Of a stretch of DNA of 64,000 nt, positions 28,929-37,933 are shown one piece after another. The DNA comes from a virus (lineage: Duplodnaviria; Caudoviricetes), in the IMG/VR virus record IMGVR_UViG_3300005805_009498, positions 8,447 to 72,446 of that record; one strand, given 5' to 3'. A model generated the notes under the pieces. It ran no database searches, was not told the DNA's origin, and saw only the letters and a list, made by a program, of their open reading frames with translations. The first letter of the stretch is position 1. Each line of letters opens with the position of its first letter. The position numbers and the translations under genes were made by a program.

Positions 28929-30275
28929 TTAGATACCAACAACCGTGGTTTTATCGTCAATCGAAGCAAGATCTGATAACCCACCGCTTCTTATGATGCA
29001 GTTTGTTATCTCACCCTTGACATTGTGTGGAAGATTGTCTATGTAGCAGTTAGAAAACTTATTATCGATCATCTTTATGTAAGAGGATTTTAATTTAGAG
29101 TCTTCTATTTTATTATCCATGACAATTTCACAGAAAAATAATTGAGAAGATTTTATTTCGCAGCCTATCAAGGTACATTGATCCAATATCGAATTTTTCA
29201 ATTTGCAGTCTATTAGGTCGTAAAACGATAGTCCCCAAGGTTTCTTAAAGACACCGTCCTTTACCTGATATCTGTGTAGATCAATATCTAGATTAACATA
29301 GCCTGATTTTAATCCATTCTTATATATCAGATCAAATAGCACCTTTCTGTATTCATCCCAATAAGTTGACAGAAGTTGATCACCATTTTTCAGGTCAACG
29401 TAAATGTCTATGTCTTTGTAAAATATTGAGAATACCTTGTGGTTTAACATTCCGTTTATGAACTTCTTGTGTTCAACCAATCGGGTTCTCAATCTTGATA
29501 CGTTTTCTTCGGTATATTTTGGATTTAAAAGACAATCGTATATTGTAAAGACCGCGTAATCCATGCACTCCAATATAGCCTTTATGTTGTCTTCGTAATT
29601 TTTTCCTCCGAGATATCTCATTTCCAGGTAACCCTTTGCGAGTTTCGCAAAGTTAAATCCAAAATATTTTTCTTCAGGAACAGAAAAGCTTGAACGGTTT
29701 ATGGTTTTTATGTTATCATCAAAACTAAAAAGATTGTTAGGAAACACATAATCGATCGATCGTGCAAAAACGTTTCCGCTTCTGTTTGGAAATTTAGAGA
29801 AAATGTAATCCTCATCAAACGAAAGAATGAGTTTCAAAACATCAAGCGCTGATATATCGATGTTTTTATTTGGTGTTTTAAACTTATCAAAACTAATGTT
29901 TATGTGAATTCCCGATCTATCGTTTGTCTTTCCGTTTTCTTTGATCCAGTTTAAAACCTTTGCCATGACAATTTTTGCTTCAAAGAATGGAGTTGGACCC
30001 GTGACAAGCTCTATCATGGATGCTCCTCCGGAGAAGTCGTGTTCTAGCTTATAATTATTATAATCCACAGGAACATCGGTATGGGATCCAGGAACTTTTT
30101 CCCCCTTTGGATTGGTTTTATAACCAGGAGCAACATTTTTTCCAAGAAGAGCCGAGAGTTCGGCTGCAACCATCGAGAAATTCTTTTTTCTAGAAAAGAA
30201 CTCGAACTCGAACCCTATAAGGGCCGAGTTCAAGATCTCATTCTTTGATAGAAACTCTTTAGTTTGTTGATTCAT
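28929..30275 (-). CDS. Putative amidoligase (COOH-NH2 ligase, Amidoligase_2-like) with a C-terminal beta-helix-like tail
   Basis: GFEFEF, ELVTGP, SGIHINISF, YFGFNF and YLEMRYLGG motifs. Confidence 0.75.
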   Translation of the reverse strand: MNQQTKEFLSKNEILNSALIGFEFEFFSRKKNFSMVAAELSALLGKNVAPGYKTNPKGEKVPGSHTDVPVDYNNYKLEHDFSGGASMIELVTGPTPFFEAKIVMAKVLNWIKENGKTNDRSGIHINISFDKFKTPNKNIDISALDVLKLILSFDEDYIFSKFPNRSGNVFARSIDYVFPNNLFSFDDNIKTINRSSFSVPEEKYFGFNFAKLAKGYLEMRYLGGKNYEDNIKAILECMDYAVFTIYDCLLNPKYTEENVSRLRTRLVEHKKFINGMLNHKVFSIFYKDIDIYVDLKNGDQLLSTYWDEYRKVLFDLIYKNGLKSGYVNLDIDLHRYQVKDGVFKKPWGLSFYDLIDCKLKNSILDQCTLIGCEIKSSQLFFCEIVMDNKIEDSKLKSSYIKMIDNKFSNCYIDNLPHNVKGEITNCIIRSGGLSDLASIDDKTTVVGI

Positions 30276-31395
30276 TTTCGTTTATTATGGTTGCAGAAAT
30301 CCTGTTGCATTTTGGCTCTATTTGATTTATTCTTATCTTTATTTCTCCGCCTATCTTTAATCTATTATTCTGACCAAATTGACCCTTCATTGATATCGTG
30401 CTACTTATTCCGCTAAACTCTAATGTTACGTAAGGTCCCTTTATGGAAACAACCTTTGCGCTCATGGCTATATCGCTATTTTCCCTTTCTATGATGTTTG
30501 CCATCTCTTGCAGCCTAAGTATCATTTGTTCTGTTGGGTTTTGCGTGAGAATGAAATTCTTTGGAGGAATTATGTCCCTTACCCATATGTTTATTTTGTT
30601 GCCTGGTCTAACTTGTCCGTTCTTAAACAGGTTCATCGTAGATTCATCCATGTCGTTCATAGACAATAAACCTGTCATTATTTCGTTAAATTCTATGAAT
30701 ATTCCCGTTTGTATCGTACCCGTAACAGTTCCTTCGTACATAACAGACATATCAAAATTCTCAATGAGCTCTGGCATGATGTGTTCGATGTATCTCTTGT
30801 TGGAAACGATGAACGTATTGCTTTCGTTTATGTAAGAGTCCAACATCACCTTTACGGTTTTTCCTAGGAAAGATTCGAAGTTGATTATCTTGTTTGCACT
30901 CGCAAGTGAACCAGGAAGAAACGCTTCAAGACCCTGAATGTTAACAAAATATCCTCCTCGATTCTTCTCTATCACCTTTGCGTTGTATACCTTTGAAGGG
31001 TCCCTTAGTTGATCAAAGAATTCGTTTCTTAAAATTTCCTTTCCTGCTTCGTAAAAGCTTCCACGTAAACCAGAGTCCACGGATGTTATCTTTACATGAT
31101 AGGTATTATTATACGATATTGACGACGCGAATTCCTCCGTAGTCATGCCTATAGACTTTAAGAATTCCTTCTCCTTGTTCATTTTTACAGCAATGGACGG
31201 GGAGTGTGGGCCGGAGACAACCAAAAGATTGTCAGAAAGCATAGTTGAAGAATTCACCTGAAAAATCTGTCCGACCGACACAGTTTTGTTTACCTCTCCG
31301 TGAGAATTATTTGAAACCATATCGAAATACATGGCGTCATCTACTGGATGTTGAAAATTTTGTTGTATCGAAAAGACCCTGGGATTGAATGTCAT
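30259..31395 (-). CDS. rpsA: Ribosomal protein S1-like multi-S1-domain RNA-binding protein
   Basis: NAKVIEKNRGGYFVNIQGLEAFLPGSL matches S1 domain 2; EGTVTGTIQTGIFIEFNEIMTGLL matches domain 3; there are further degenerate OB repeats. Confidence 0.8.
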   Translation of the reverse strand: MTFNPRVFSIQQNFQHPVDDAMYFDMVSNNSHGEVNKTVSVGQIFQVNSSTMLSDNLLVVSGPHSPSIAVKMNKEKEFLKSIGMTTEEFASSISYNNTYHVKITSVDSGLRGSFYEAGKEILRNEFFDQLRDPSKVYNAKVIEKNRGGYFVNIQGLEAFLPGSLASANKIINFESFLGKTVKVMLDSYINESNTFIVSNKRYIEHIMPELIENFDMSVMYEGTVTGTIQTGIFIEFNEIMTGLLSMNDMDESTMNLFKNGQVRPGNKINIWVRDIIPPKNFILTQNPTEQMILRLQEMANIIERENSDIAMSAKVVSIKGPYVTLEFSGISSTISMKGQFGQNNRLKIGGEIKIRINQIEPKCNRISATIINENESTN

Positions 31396-31428
31396 GAAAC
31401 CCTCTTAAATAAAGTTTGTTAAATATCT

Positions 31429-31437
31429 CTATATATC
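31429..31437 (-). promoter_or_regulatory. Candidate phage promoter motif GATATATAG upstream of the S1 gene
   Basis: 33 nt upstream of the 31395 ATG; identical 9-mers occur at 44250 and 54402. Confidence 0.55.
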
Positions 31438-31464
31438 TTTGTCATAAAGCTCCTCAAAAATCCC

Positions 31465-34218
31465 TTACAACGGGATTGTTGTTGGGCCAAATACGCTCTC
31501 TGGTAAAAATCCTCCGACGTACTTTCCTGATTTACACCATTTCCAAAGAAACAATAGAAACGGTATGTTTAATAAAGAAAGTCTTTCCCATACCGGTAAC
31601 TCGTCCTTCGCCATCGGAAGAGATGCGCTAAATGAAGGGCTTATTTCGGTTGGAAACCCAAATTGAAGCATCTTCGGAGAAAGGCTTGCCGCCAATGAAA
31701 CCAGAGATCCTAAAGCCAGAGAGAATGAGGTCAACAAAGCACTTAAATTTATTAAACCCAAATCTATGGTTGGAACTCTTATTTTATCAATAAGATCTCT
31801 AAGAGTTTTTAAAGTTTTTTCGTATTCCTCCTTGTATCTTTCGAACTCTTGCAATTTTTGTTTGTAGATCTGTTTTCCGTTTTCTATTATGCCTTTAACG
31901 AGATCCTCCGCCCTTTTTTTCAAAGAGGCTGCGATCTCATCTGCGTTGATCCTTATTTTTTCTGCCTGCTCTATTGCGTCTTTTACGAGTTTTGTTGCAT
32001 GATCTATCTGCGCCTGAATGTTTCTTGATATGTTTAGAGCAGCTTCTTCGTATTGTTTAAGATCGGTGTATCGTTGTTTTGCTTCATCTATTAAACGTTT
32101 TCCCTCGTCCTTTGCCTGTTTTATAGCCGCCTGTGCGGTTTCTTTTGCCGAGTTAACTATCTGTTGTCCTTGGTTCTTTGCGTTTTCTATTATCTTGTTT
32201 ATATCAACGCTTGCGTTTGCTAGATATGAATCTGCCTGTCTTTGAACGTCCTTCAACTGGTTTTTTACTTCCTGAACAAGCGCATTTATGTCTGCGGTAA
32301 CCCCATTTCTAAAATTTTCAAGCAAAGCCGCCAAAGCAGCAAACGTTAAATCAAACGAGGGTAAAGTTACCGGAGGTAAAGGTTCATGAGTGCTTATGTC
32401 GGTTGGTCCTCCTAAGGCAAAAGCAAAATACATCGAGCTCGACTGAAAAGGCCCCAAAGGTATAGGTAAAAAATGCTGTAGGAAAAGATACGGGCAGGGA
32501 AGAACCCCGCATTGCCCTATTAACAAGACGGCTATCATCTTGTCAGTTGGCGCTATAAAAACAGGTATCCATATTATCGGAAACGGTATCTTAAATAGAC
32601 CTGCGGGAGAAGGAATAAGAAGACCAACCGGCCAATGTACCGGAACAAGATTTACTATCGTTGCAAGCTTACAAAACTTTACCCACCAAGCGTAATCGAA
32701 TATGGTTGGATTTTTGCTTACATTTTTGAAATTCAGATCTTTTCCAGATTCGACCTTCGCAGGAACTTCCTTCGATTGACAGTTTAGCTTTGCTAATTCT
32801 TCCGTTACAGTCTTGTTTATCCCGTCTATCTCTTCCTGGGTTTTCTTTTCCTCTTCCTTTAGGCCTTTATACTGTTTTGACAGTTCAATAGATTTTTCGT
32901 TGTATTGTTTTGAAATCTCCATGAAATCGTTTTCTATGGCCTCTTTCTCTAAAAATCTATTAACGCCGAACGCAAATGACAACCTTGAAACTTCATCAAC
33001 GGTCTTTTTAAATTCGTTCTCTATGTTTTTTTCCATCTCGGAGCCTTGCTTCTTCACATCATCTGTTGCGCCGTCCTTTTCCATATTCATACCGTTGACG
33101 TAATTCATGAATTCGTCAGGTATGTCCTTTATCTTGCCCTTTATTGGAAGATTTTCTTTGTTTATCTTTATCAAAGGAGAAGATCCGAATATCCCTCCAA
33201 GGAATCCTGCGTCTATTTCTATGTCGAATTGGTTACTAAACGAAAGTATTATTTCTTCCATCTTTTTTTGAACAACCGAATCTTCCGACGCAAATTCATA
33301 GTCCTTATCTAAGGTTTGTAGCTTCTTTCTGATTTCTTCTACGTTGTTTTTTGGATCCTTTAGCTGTTCGTTAAGTCTATTGACTTCACCGTATCCTTCC
33401 AGGAAAGATTGGTAGTACGCATCAACTATAGAGTGATAATAATAGTCTAGCTGTATCTCCTGTATCTTGTTTTTTATTTCTGTGTATTTTTTTACTTTTT
33501 CCTGAACGGACTTTACTATTTCGTTCATTTTTGATACGCAGTCGGGTGCATTTTTTGGGAATATATCGGCGCTTTGTGTCGCCTTCATTTCGTCCAATAA
33601 TCTATTGAAATCCTCCGGTGATATTTCAGGAAGAGAAGTGTTCTGTATATCTGTGCTTTCTCCGGGAGGTGGTATTTCAGGAATAACCTCTGCTATTTTT
33701 ACGGGTGTCTCTTGTTGAACCGGAACCTCACACGCAGCGCCAATGACCTCATTTTCGGAAAACTCCAGAGTCTCTTCTATCTCTGGTGGTGCGCATAGAT
33801 CAAACTGATCTATTTGTTCTTCCGATAACCTAGGTGTTTGATCCTCCTGTGTTGGATCTATTTGACCCGGTTGCGTGTTTTGTTCAGGCTCAACGTCCGG
33901 ATCAATTGGTGGTGGTTCTAAAGCCTTCGCTAATTCGTCTTCAGTAAAATCCCTTTGCATGTTCTGTTCCACCTGATCGATGTCTATCAGAGCGGCCTTC
34001 AATCGATTTTCATCGATGGGTTCCAAACCGTTTTGTTTCAGGATTTCGTTTAACTGTTTGATGTTGGATAAATCTGGTTCTTCAAAGTCTATGAACTCGG
34101 TTCCGTTTATCTTTTTCTTTTTTATCCGTGAAATTATGTCCTGTATGATGGGTATCAGCTGTATAGGAAGCGTCGTTATGGACATAATCCAATTAACTAT
34201 TTGTTGAAAGTCTATCAA
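31465..34218 (-). CDS. Large helical/coiled-coil protein downstream of the spike gene (possible ejected or tape-measure-like protein)
   Basis: 917 aa with an acidic Pro-rich linker, coiled coils, 11-residue A-K-x-x-x repeats and hydrophobic Pro-rich segments; TTG start with a strong SD. Confidence 0.5.
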   Translation of the reverse strand: MIDFQQIVNWIMSITTLPIQLIPIIQDIISRIKKKKINGTEFIDFEEPDLSNIKQLNEILKQNGLEPIDENRLKAALIDIDQVEQNMQRDFTEDELAKALEPPPIDPDVEPEQNTQPGQIDPTQEDQTPRLSEEQIDQFDLCAPPEIEETLEFSENEVIGAACEVPVQQETPVKIAEVIPEIPPPGESTDIQNTSLPEISPEDFNRLLDEMKATQSADIFPKNAPDCVSKMNEIVKSVQEKVKKYTEIKNKIQEIQLDYYYHSIVDAYYQSFLEGYGEVNRLNEQLKDPKNNVEEIRKKLQTLDKDYEFASEDSVVQKKMEEIILSFSNQFDIEIDAGFLGGIFGSSPLIKINKENLPIKGKIKDIPDEFMNYVNGMNMEKDGATDDVKKQGSEMEKNIENEFKKTVDEVSRLSFAFGVNRFLEKEAIENDFMEISKQYNEKSIELSKQYKGLKEEEKKTQEEIDGINKTVTEELAKLNCQSKEVPAKVESGKDLNFKNVSKNPTIFDYAWWVKFCKLATIVNLVPVHWPVGLLIPSPAGLFKIPFPIIWIPVFIAPTDKMIAVLLIGQCGVLPCPYLFLQHFLPIPLGPFQSSSMYFAFALGGPTDISTHEPLPPVTLPSFDLTFAALAALLENFRNGVTADINALVQEVKNQLKDVQRQADSYLANASVDINKIIENAKNQGQQIVNSAKETAQAAIKQAKDEGKRLIDEAKQRYTDLKQYEEAALNISRNIQAQIDHATKLVKDAIEQAEKIRINADEIAASLKKRAEDLVKGIIENGKQIYKQKLQEFERYKEEYEKTLKTLRDLIDKIRVPTIDLGLINLSALLTSFSLALGSLVSLAASLSPKMLQFGFPTEISPSFSASLPMAKDELPVWERLSLLNIPFLLFLWKWCKSGKYVGGFLPESVFGPTTIPL

Positions 34219-34223
34219 TCTTT

Positions 34224-34231
34224 CCTCCTTA
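34224..34231 (-). promoter_or_regulatory. Perfect Shine-Dalgarno TAAGGAGG, 5 nt before the TTG start at 34218
   Basis: Minus strand reads TAAGGAGG-AAAGA-TTG; the TAA is the stop codon of the spike gene. Confidence 0.6.
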
Positions 34232-34960
34232 CGCTGTTGTTTTTACGGTCTTAGAAAGCGCAGATCTTGCCTGTTGCATTGTCGCTGTAGCTACACCCGG
34301 AGACGGAGGCCACTTTAGATCAACCGTTGCCGCAAGAGTATCAAGGGCCGCAAGTAAAACTTCGCCTAGCACAACGGAGAACTCAGGAGAAGTACCCAGA
34401 TCGGTTTTTCCTCCGTTTACGTGTATCTTTGGAGAATTAACCTCAACCTTGCTACGGGCATTTATTGTTATCTTTCCGGCCTTAAGTTCAATGTTCGACT
34501 GGCTTTCCTTGTGATCTATAAGGATAGACTGATCCGGATTTATGGATATGCTGCTGTCTTTATAGTAGATTTGCATGCCGTTTGCTGGTGTGAACCAAAC
34601 TTTAAGATCCTGGCCCTCGTCGTACAACAACACATGAGAATCTAAATAGCTCTGTGCCAGTTCTCGTCTAAGCTTATCGTTTAGGTGAATTATCGACGTC
34701 CAAACAGGAGCGTGTATATCTCCGTTCATGAACGATACGTGCACCAACGCTCCGATCTTTGGGATGGATATGTTTCCTCCTCCTCCCGTTTCACCGCCGG
34801 CAAAAACAGTGGAACCAGAATAGAAGCACCATGGAAGGTCTTCGTCCTTCTCATCTTCGAAAATACCAATTACCCTTATCTTGCATCTGCCAAGACGTTC
34901 AGGATCCTTGTTATCTACTACTACTCCTATGTAGTCGTTTTTATCAAGATCTAAAGCCAT
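34229..34960 (-). CDS. gp5: Baseplate central spike, gp5/gpV-like OB-fold (no lysozyme domain)
   Basis: YIGVVVDNKDPERLGRCKIRV...LPW...IPKIGALVHVSFMNGD is the Gp5 N-terminal OB signature; beta-strand repeats follow. Confidence 0.85.
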   Translation of the reverse strand: MALDLDKNDYIGVVVDNKDPERLGRCKIRVIGIFEDEKDEDLPWCFYSGSTVFAGGETGGGGNISIPKIGALVHVSFMNGDIHAPVWTSIIHLNDKLRRELAQSYLDSHVLLYDEGQDLKVWFTPANGMQIYYKDSSISINPDQSILIDHKESQSNIELKAGKITINARSKVEVNSPKIHVNGGKTDLGTSPEFSVVLGEVLLAALDTLAATVDLKWPPSPGVATATMQQARSALSKTVKTTA

Positions 34961-36650
34961 CTTCTACTGTTGGTTTTTCAAACTTTATTTTCTCTGTTAT
35001 ATCATCTAAAACGCTAGGTTTTACAAACTGTATGTCGTTATCTACGTTTGTGACGACCGAAGGAAATCCGAAAGATATGGAACCCAAAGAGGTCTCTACT
35101 GTAGGTTTTTCCATGTTTACCGATTGGTTTATCACCGTATTCACTGTTGGCCGGGTCAAAGAAACCGTCTCTTCGGAATCCGTTTCAACGCTCGGTCTTG
35201 TTTGATCAACCCCTTCGGATATCTCAGTGTTCACCGTTGGAGAAACAAACTGAACATTGTTTTCTACGTTGTTGTTCACCGTGGGTTTTGTTAGATTGAT
35301 GGAGTCACCCAGCTCGGTTTCTACCGGTGGTCTGTTAAGGGTTATTTCAGATAGTTTATCCTCGACCTTTGGTTTTATGAAATCGATCCTTTCTGTTGCC
35401 ATATTTTCCTCTATTTTTATTCCTTCTCCGTTTTCCGCGTCGGCGGACATGTTAACGCTACCTGTTATCTCTCCGCTTTGATCGTTGGAATCCATGATTA
35501 CGTTACCGGTTAGTTCGGTTTCTACGCTTGGTCTTCCAAGATTAACGAACGATGGCTCTCCGGTTATTTTTGCCGAAGAGTTTATAGCGTCTATGATGTT
35601 CTTTGCAGATTCGGAAAATGTCTGTTGTTTTGAAATTCCGTCTAGTAATTGTTTTGTTATTTGATCCCTTTGGGCATAAGGAAGCGAAGCTATCCTGTCT
35701 CCACGGGTGAGGGTCAATCTGTTGATGAAATTTTGATCAATGTTCCTCTGGAGGTCCAACAACACCTGTTTATAGTTTGTTTCGTACGATCTAACAAACG
35801 GAGAAAGAAGGGATCGGTAGTTTATTACATCGTTTCGCTGGTTCAAATCCGCTCCGCTGCCGCCCTGTTTTATTACTAGGTCTCTTTTTATTTCCCCTAA
35901 CATGTAATTAAGCAGGGAATAGGAGTTTGTTTCTTGAACCCTATTCACTATGATGTTAAATTTAGGATTTATCTGCGTAGGAGCCTCAGAACTATCTAAT
36001 TGAGTCGGCATGGAATCAGAGAAATCAAATTCGCAGTCCATACATCGGAAAGCGACCGTTGAAACATGATTCAACCAATTTGTACCACTCTGTTGGGAGA
36101 AGGTTCTTAGATTCCTTGCCTCGCCTATCATGACGGTCATGTTGAACCTCTTTTTATCTATGGTCAGAAGCTCTCTAAAAAATCTTCTGTCTCTTGTTGC
36201 CTTTCTGTATAGATCGGCCAACGCGGTCATCCTTAGATCTACCGTTTCATAACAATCTAATGTTAGTGTTATAGGTTTGGACTCGGTTGTCCCTTCTTTG
36301 GTTTGATAGCCCCATTTCCAAAGTTCGTTAATCCCGGATATGCTTTTAAAAAACCAAGGAAAATCGTTTGATATTTTGTACAACATCCAAACAAATTCGT
36401 TAAGGACGTCGCCTCTTTCCTGTTCCCCCATCCTTCTAAGGTAGCTTATAGCGCTTTCGTCACGGGATTCGTTTAACAACAACCCTTGCATGACTTCATC
36501 GTTGGAAACCGGAGGTTCAAAATCAAAGAGTACCCTAAACGTAACAAACCCTGGGTCGTTATACTTAAGCTTCTGTTCGTTTTGAGAACCAGAAGACTCC
36601 GTAATGAACTTTCTTTCTAACCTTCCAACGCTTAATAGGCTACTGCTCAT
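34944..36650 (-). CDS. Putative baseplate/tail-tube-related protein with a C-terminal 15-aa repeat tail
   Basis: Baseplate operon context, a globular N-domain (NDPGFVTFRVLFDF), and a degenerate repeat array at the C-terminus. Confidence 0.5.
   Translation of the reverse strand: MSSSLLSVGRLERKFITESSGSQNEQKLKYNDPGFVTFRVLFDFEPPVSNDEVMQGLLLNESRDESAISYLRRMGEQERGDVLNEFVWMLYKISNDFPWFFKSISGINELWKWGYQTKEGTTESKPITLTLDCYETVDLRMTALADLYRKATRDRRFFRELLTIDKKRFNMTVMIGEARNLRTFSQQSGTNWLNHVSTVAFRCMDCEFDFSDSMPTQLDSSEAPTQINPKFNIIVNRVQETNSYSLLNYMLGEIKRDLVIKQGGSGADLNQRNDVINYRSLLSPFVRSYETNYKQVLLDLQRNIDQNFINRLTLTRGDRIASLPYAQRDQITKQLLDGISKQQTFSESAKNIIDAINSSAKITGEPSFVNLGRPSVETELTGNVIMDSNDQSGEITGSVNMSADAENGEGIKIEENMATERIDFIKPKVEDKLSEITLNRPPVETELGDSINLTKPTVNNNVENNVQFVSPTVNTEISEGVDQTRPSVETDSEETVSLTRPTVNTVINQSVNMEKPTVETSLGSISFGFPSVVTNVDNDIQFVKPSVLDDITEKIKFEKPTVEDGFRS
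34950..35535 (-). repeat. About 10-11 degenerate 14-15-aa protein repeats, [KR]P[ST]V[EN]x...[IV]x[FL]x
   Basis: RPPVETELGDSINLT / KPTVNNNVENNVQFV / SPTVNTEISEGVDQT / RPSVETDSEETVSLT / RPTVNTVINQSVNME / KPTVETSLGSISFG / FPSVVTNVDNDIQFV / KPSVLDDITEKIKFE / KPTVED. Confidence 0.85.
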
Positions 36651-37933
36651 CTATCCTGAAATTTTGTCACTAACGCCGCATTAGGAGTGTCTTCCGGATT
36701 TCGAATTGATAAATTTGAGCTTTGCGTGGATTCTTCCCAAACAAAATCATCAAATCCCAACTCCAGGAATCTCTCGTGTATCATCTTATCGTAGTATGAT
36801 GATATGTATCTCACTGCCCTCTGTATCTCTGGCCTTCTAGGTTCTTGGGTGTTGTTTCCTCCGCTGTTCATGTACTGGAGATAACACAGACGAGGTACAT
36901 GTATGAAGCGAGTCTTTAGAAAGCTTCTGACCACAAGCTCGTAATCATCTGCGATGTGTAGCTTAGGATTGTGCCCGCCTATGCTGAAATAAAACTCAGA
37001 TTCCCATGCCCTTATGTGGTTTGGGGCTGCAACAATATGACGTATCGTCTTTGGATTTATAGGAGCGGTTTCGCAAGTGTAAATGGCTCCGTTGTAATGA
37101 GCATCATAGTGTTTTCCGTATCCAAACCCCCAACCCGGTCCATAATTTACGCAACCACCAGTTTCAAAAACTTCCGAGGCATCCGTGTACAGAAACTTTG
37201 CATCTGGATATTCTTTGAACCCAGAAACCACATGATCAAGCGCCCAAAAGGTTAAAACGTCATCGTGATCCAGCTCAACAAGATATTTTCCTGTGCAAAG
37301 TCCTGCGGCGTTTCTCTTTACTTCTCCTATCATTCCGCTGGGTTTGTTGCCTTTAAAGACCTTTATTCTATGATCTTGCTGAGCAAGTTCACAAAGCATG
37401 TCATAGGTTTTATCCCCGTCGTTTGAGTCGTCATATAGAACCCATTCCCAGTTTTTATGTCTCTGCGCAATAAGCGAAGAAAAAACCCGGTATATTCTGT
37501 TTCCGGTTCTATAGGTTGGAGTAAAACAGCTAACCAACGGATCCGCATCGTTCTTTTCGGTGTTTAAACACGAATCTATGAAACATGTGTACGCCGCATC
37601 TCCTATTTCAGGGTTGTTCGAGTATTCATTAACATGAATCCATTTTCTTCTGATACTATAAGGAGCGTTTAGGAGCTGAGGATATTCCGAGGAGCTCTCT
37701 CCCGTAGTTAGAAAAACCGAGGGATTTATCTTGTTTATTATGGTATTTAGATCCTCTTGGTCTGTGAAGAAATGACATTCGAAATCGTGTGATTCCCAAT
37801 TTATGTAATCGCTCGATTTAATTTTTATGTCCTGTATTGAAACAGGATCCTTGGAAAATATTGCAACAACTGGTGTAATAGGCACGGTAATATCCTTTAA
37901 ATTGTTTATTGTCTTACTGAAGATGTGGTCCAT
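36647..37933 (-). CDS. Glycosyltransferase family 2 (GT-A) with an extra N-terminal domain
   Basis: PLVSCFTPTYR...WEWVLYDDSND...CTGKYLVELDHDD (DxD motif). Confidence 0.9.
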   Translation of the reverse strand: MDHIFSKTINNLKDITVPITPVVAIFSKDPVSIQDIKIKSSDYINWESHDFECHFFTDQEDLNTIINKINPSVFLTTGESSSEYPQLLNAPYSIRRKWIHVNEYSNNPEIGDAAYTCFIDSCLNTEKNDADPLVSCFTPTYRTGNRIYRVFSSLIAQRHKNWEWVLYDDSNDGDKTYDMLCELAQQDHRIKVFKGNKPSGMIGEVKRNAAGLCTGKYLVELDHDDVLTFWALDHVVSGFKEYPDAKFLYTDASEVFETGGCVNYGPGWGFGYGKHYDAHYNGAIYTCETAPINPKTIRHIVAAPNHIRAWESEFYFSIGGHNPKLHIADDYELVVRSFLKTRFIHVPRLCYLQYMNSGGNNTQEPRRPEIQRAVRYISSYYDKMIHERFLELGFDDFVWEESTQSSNLSIRNPEDTPNAALVTKFQDR

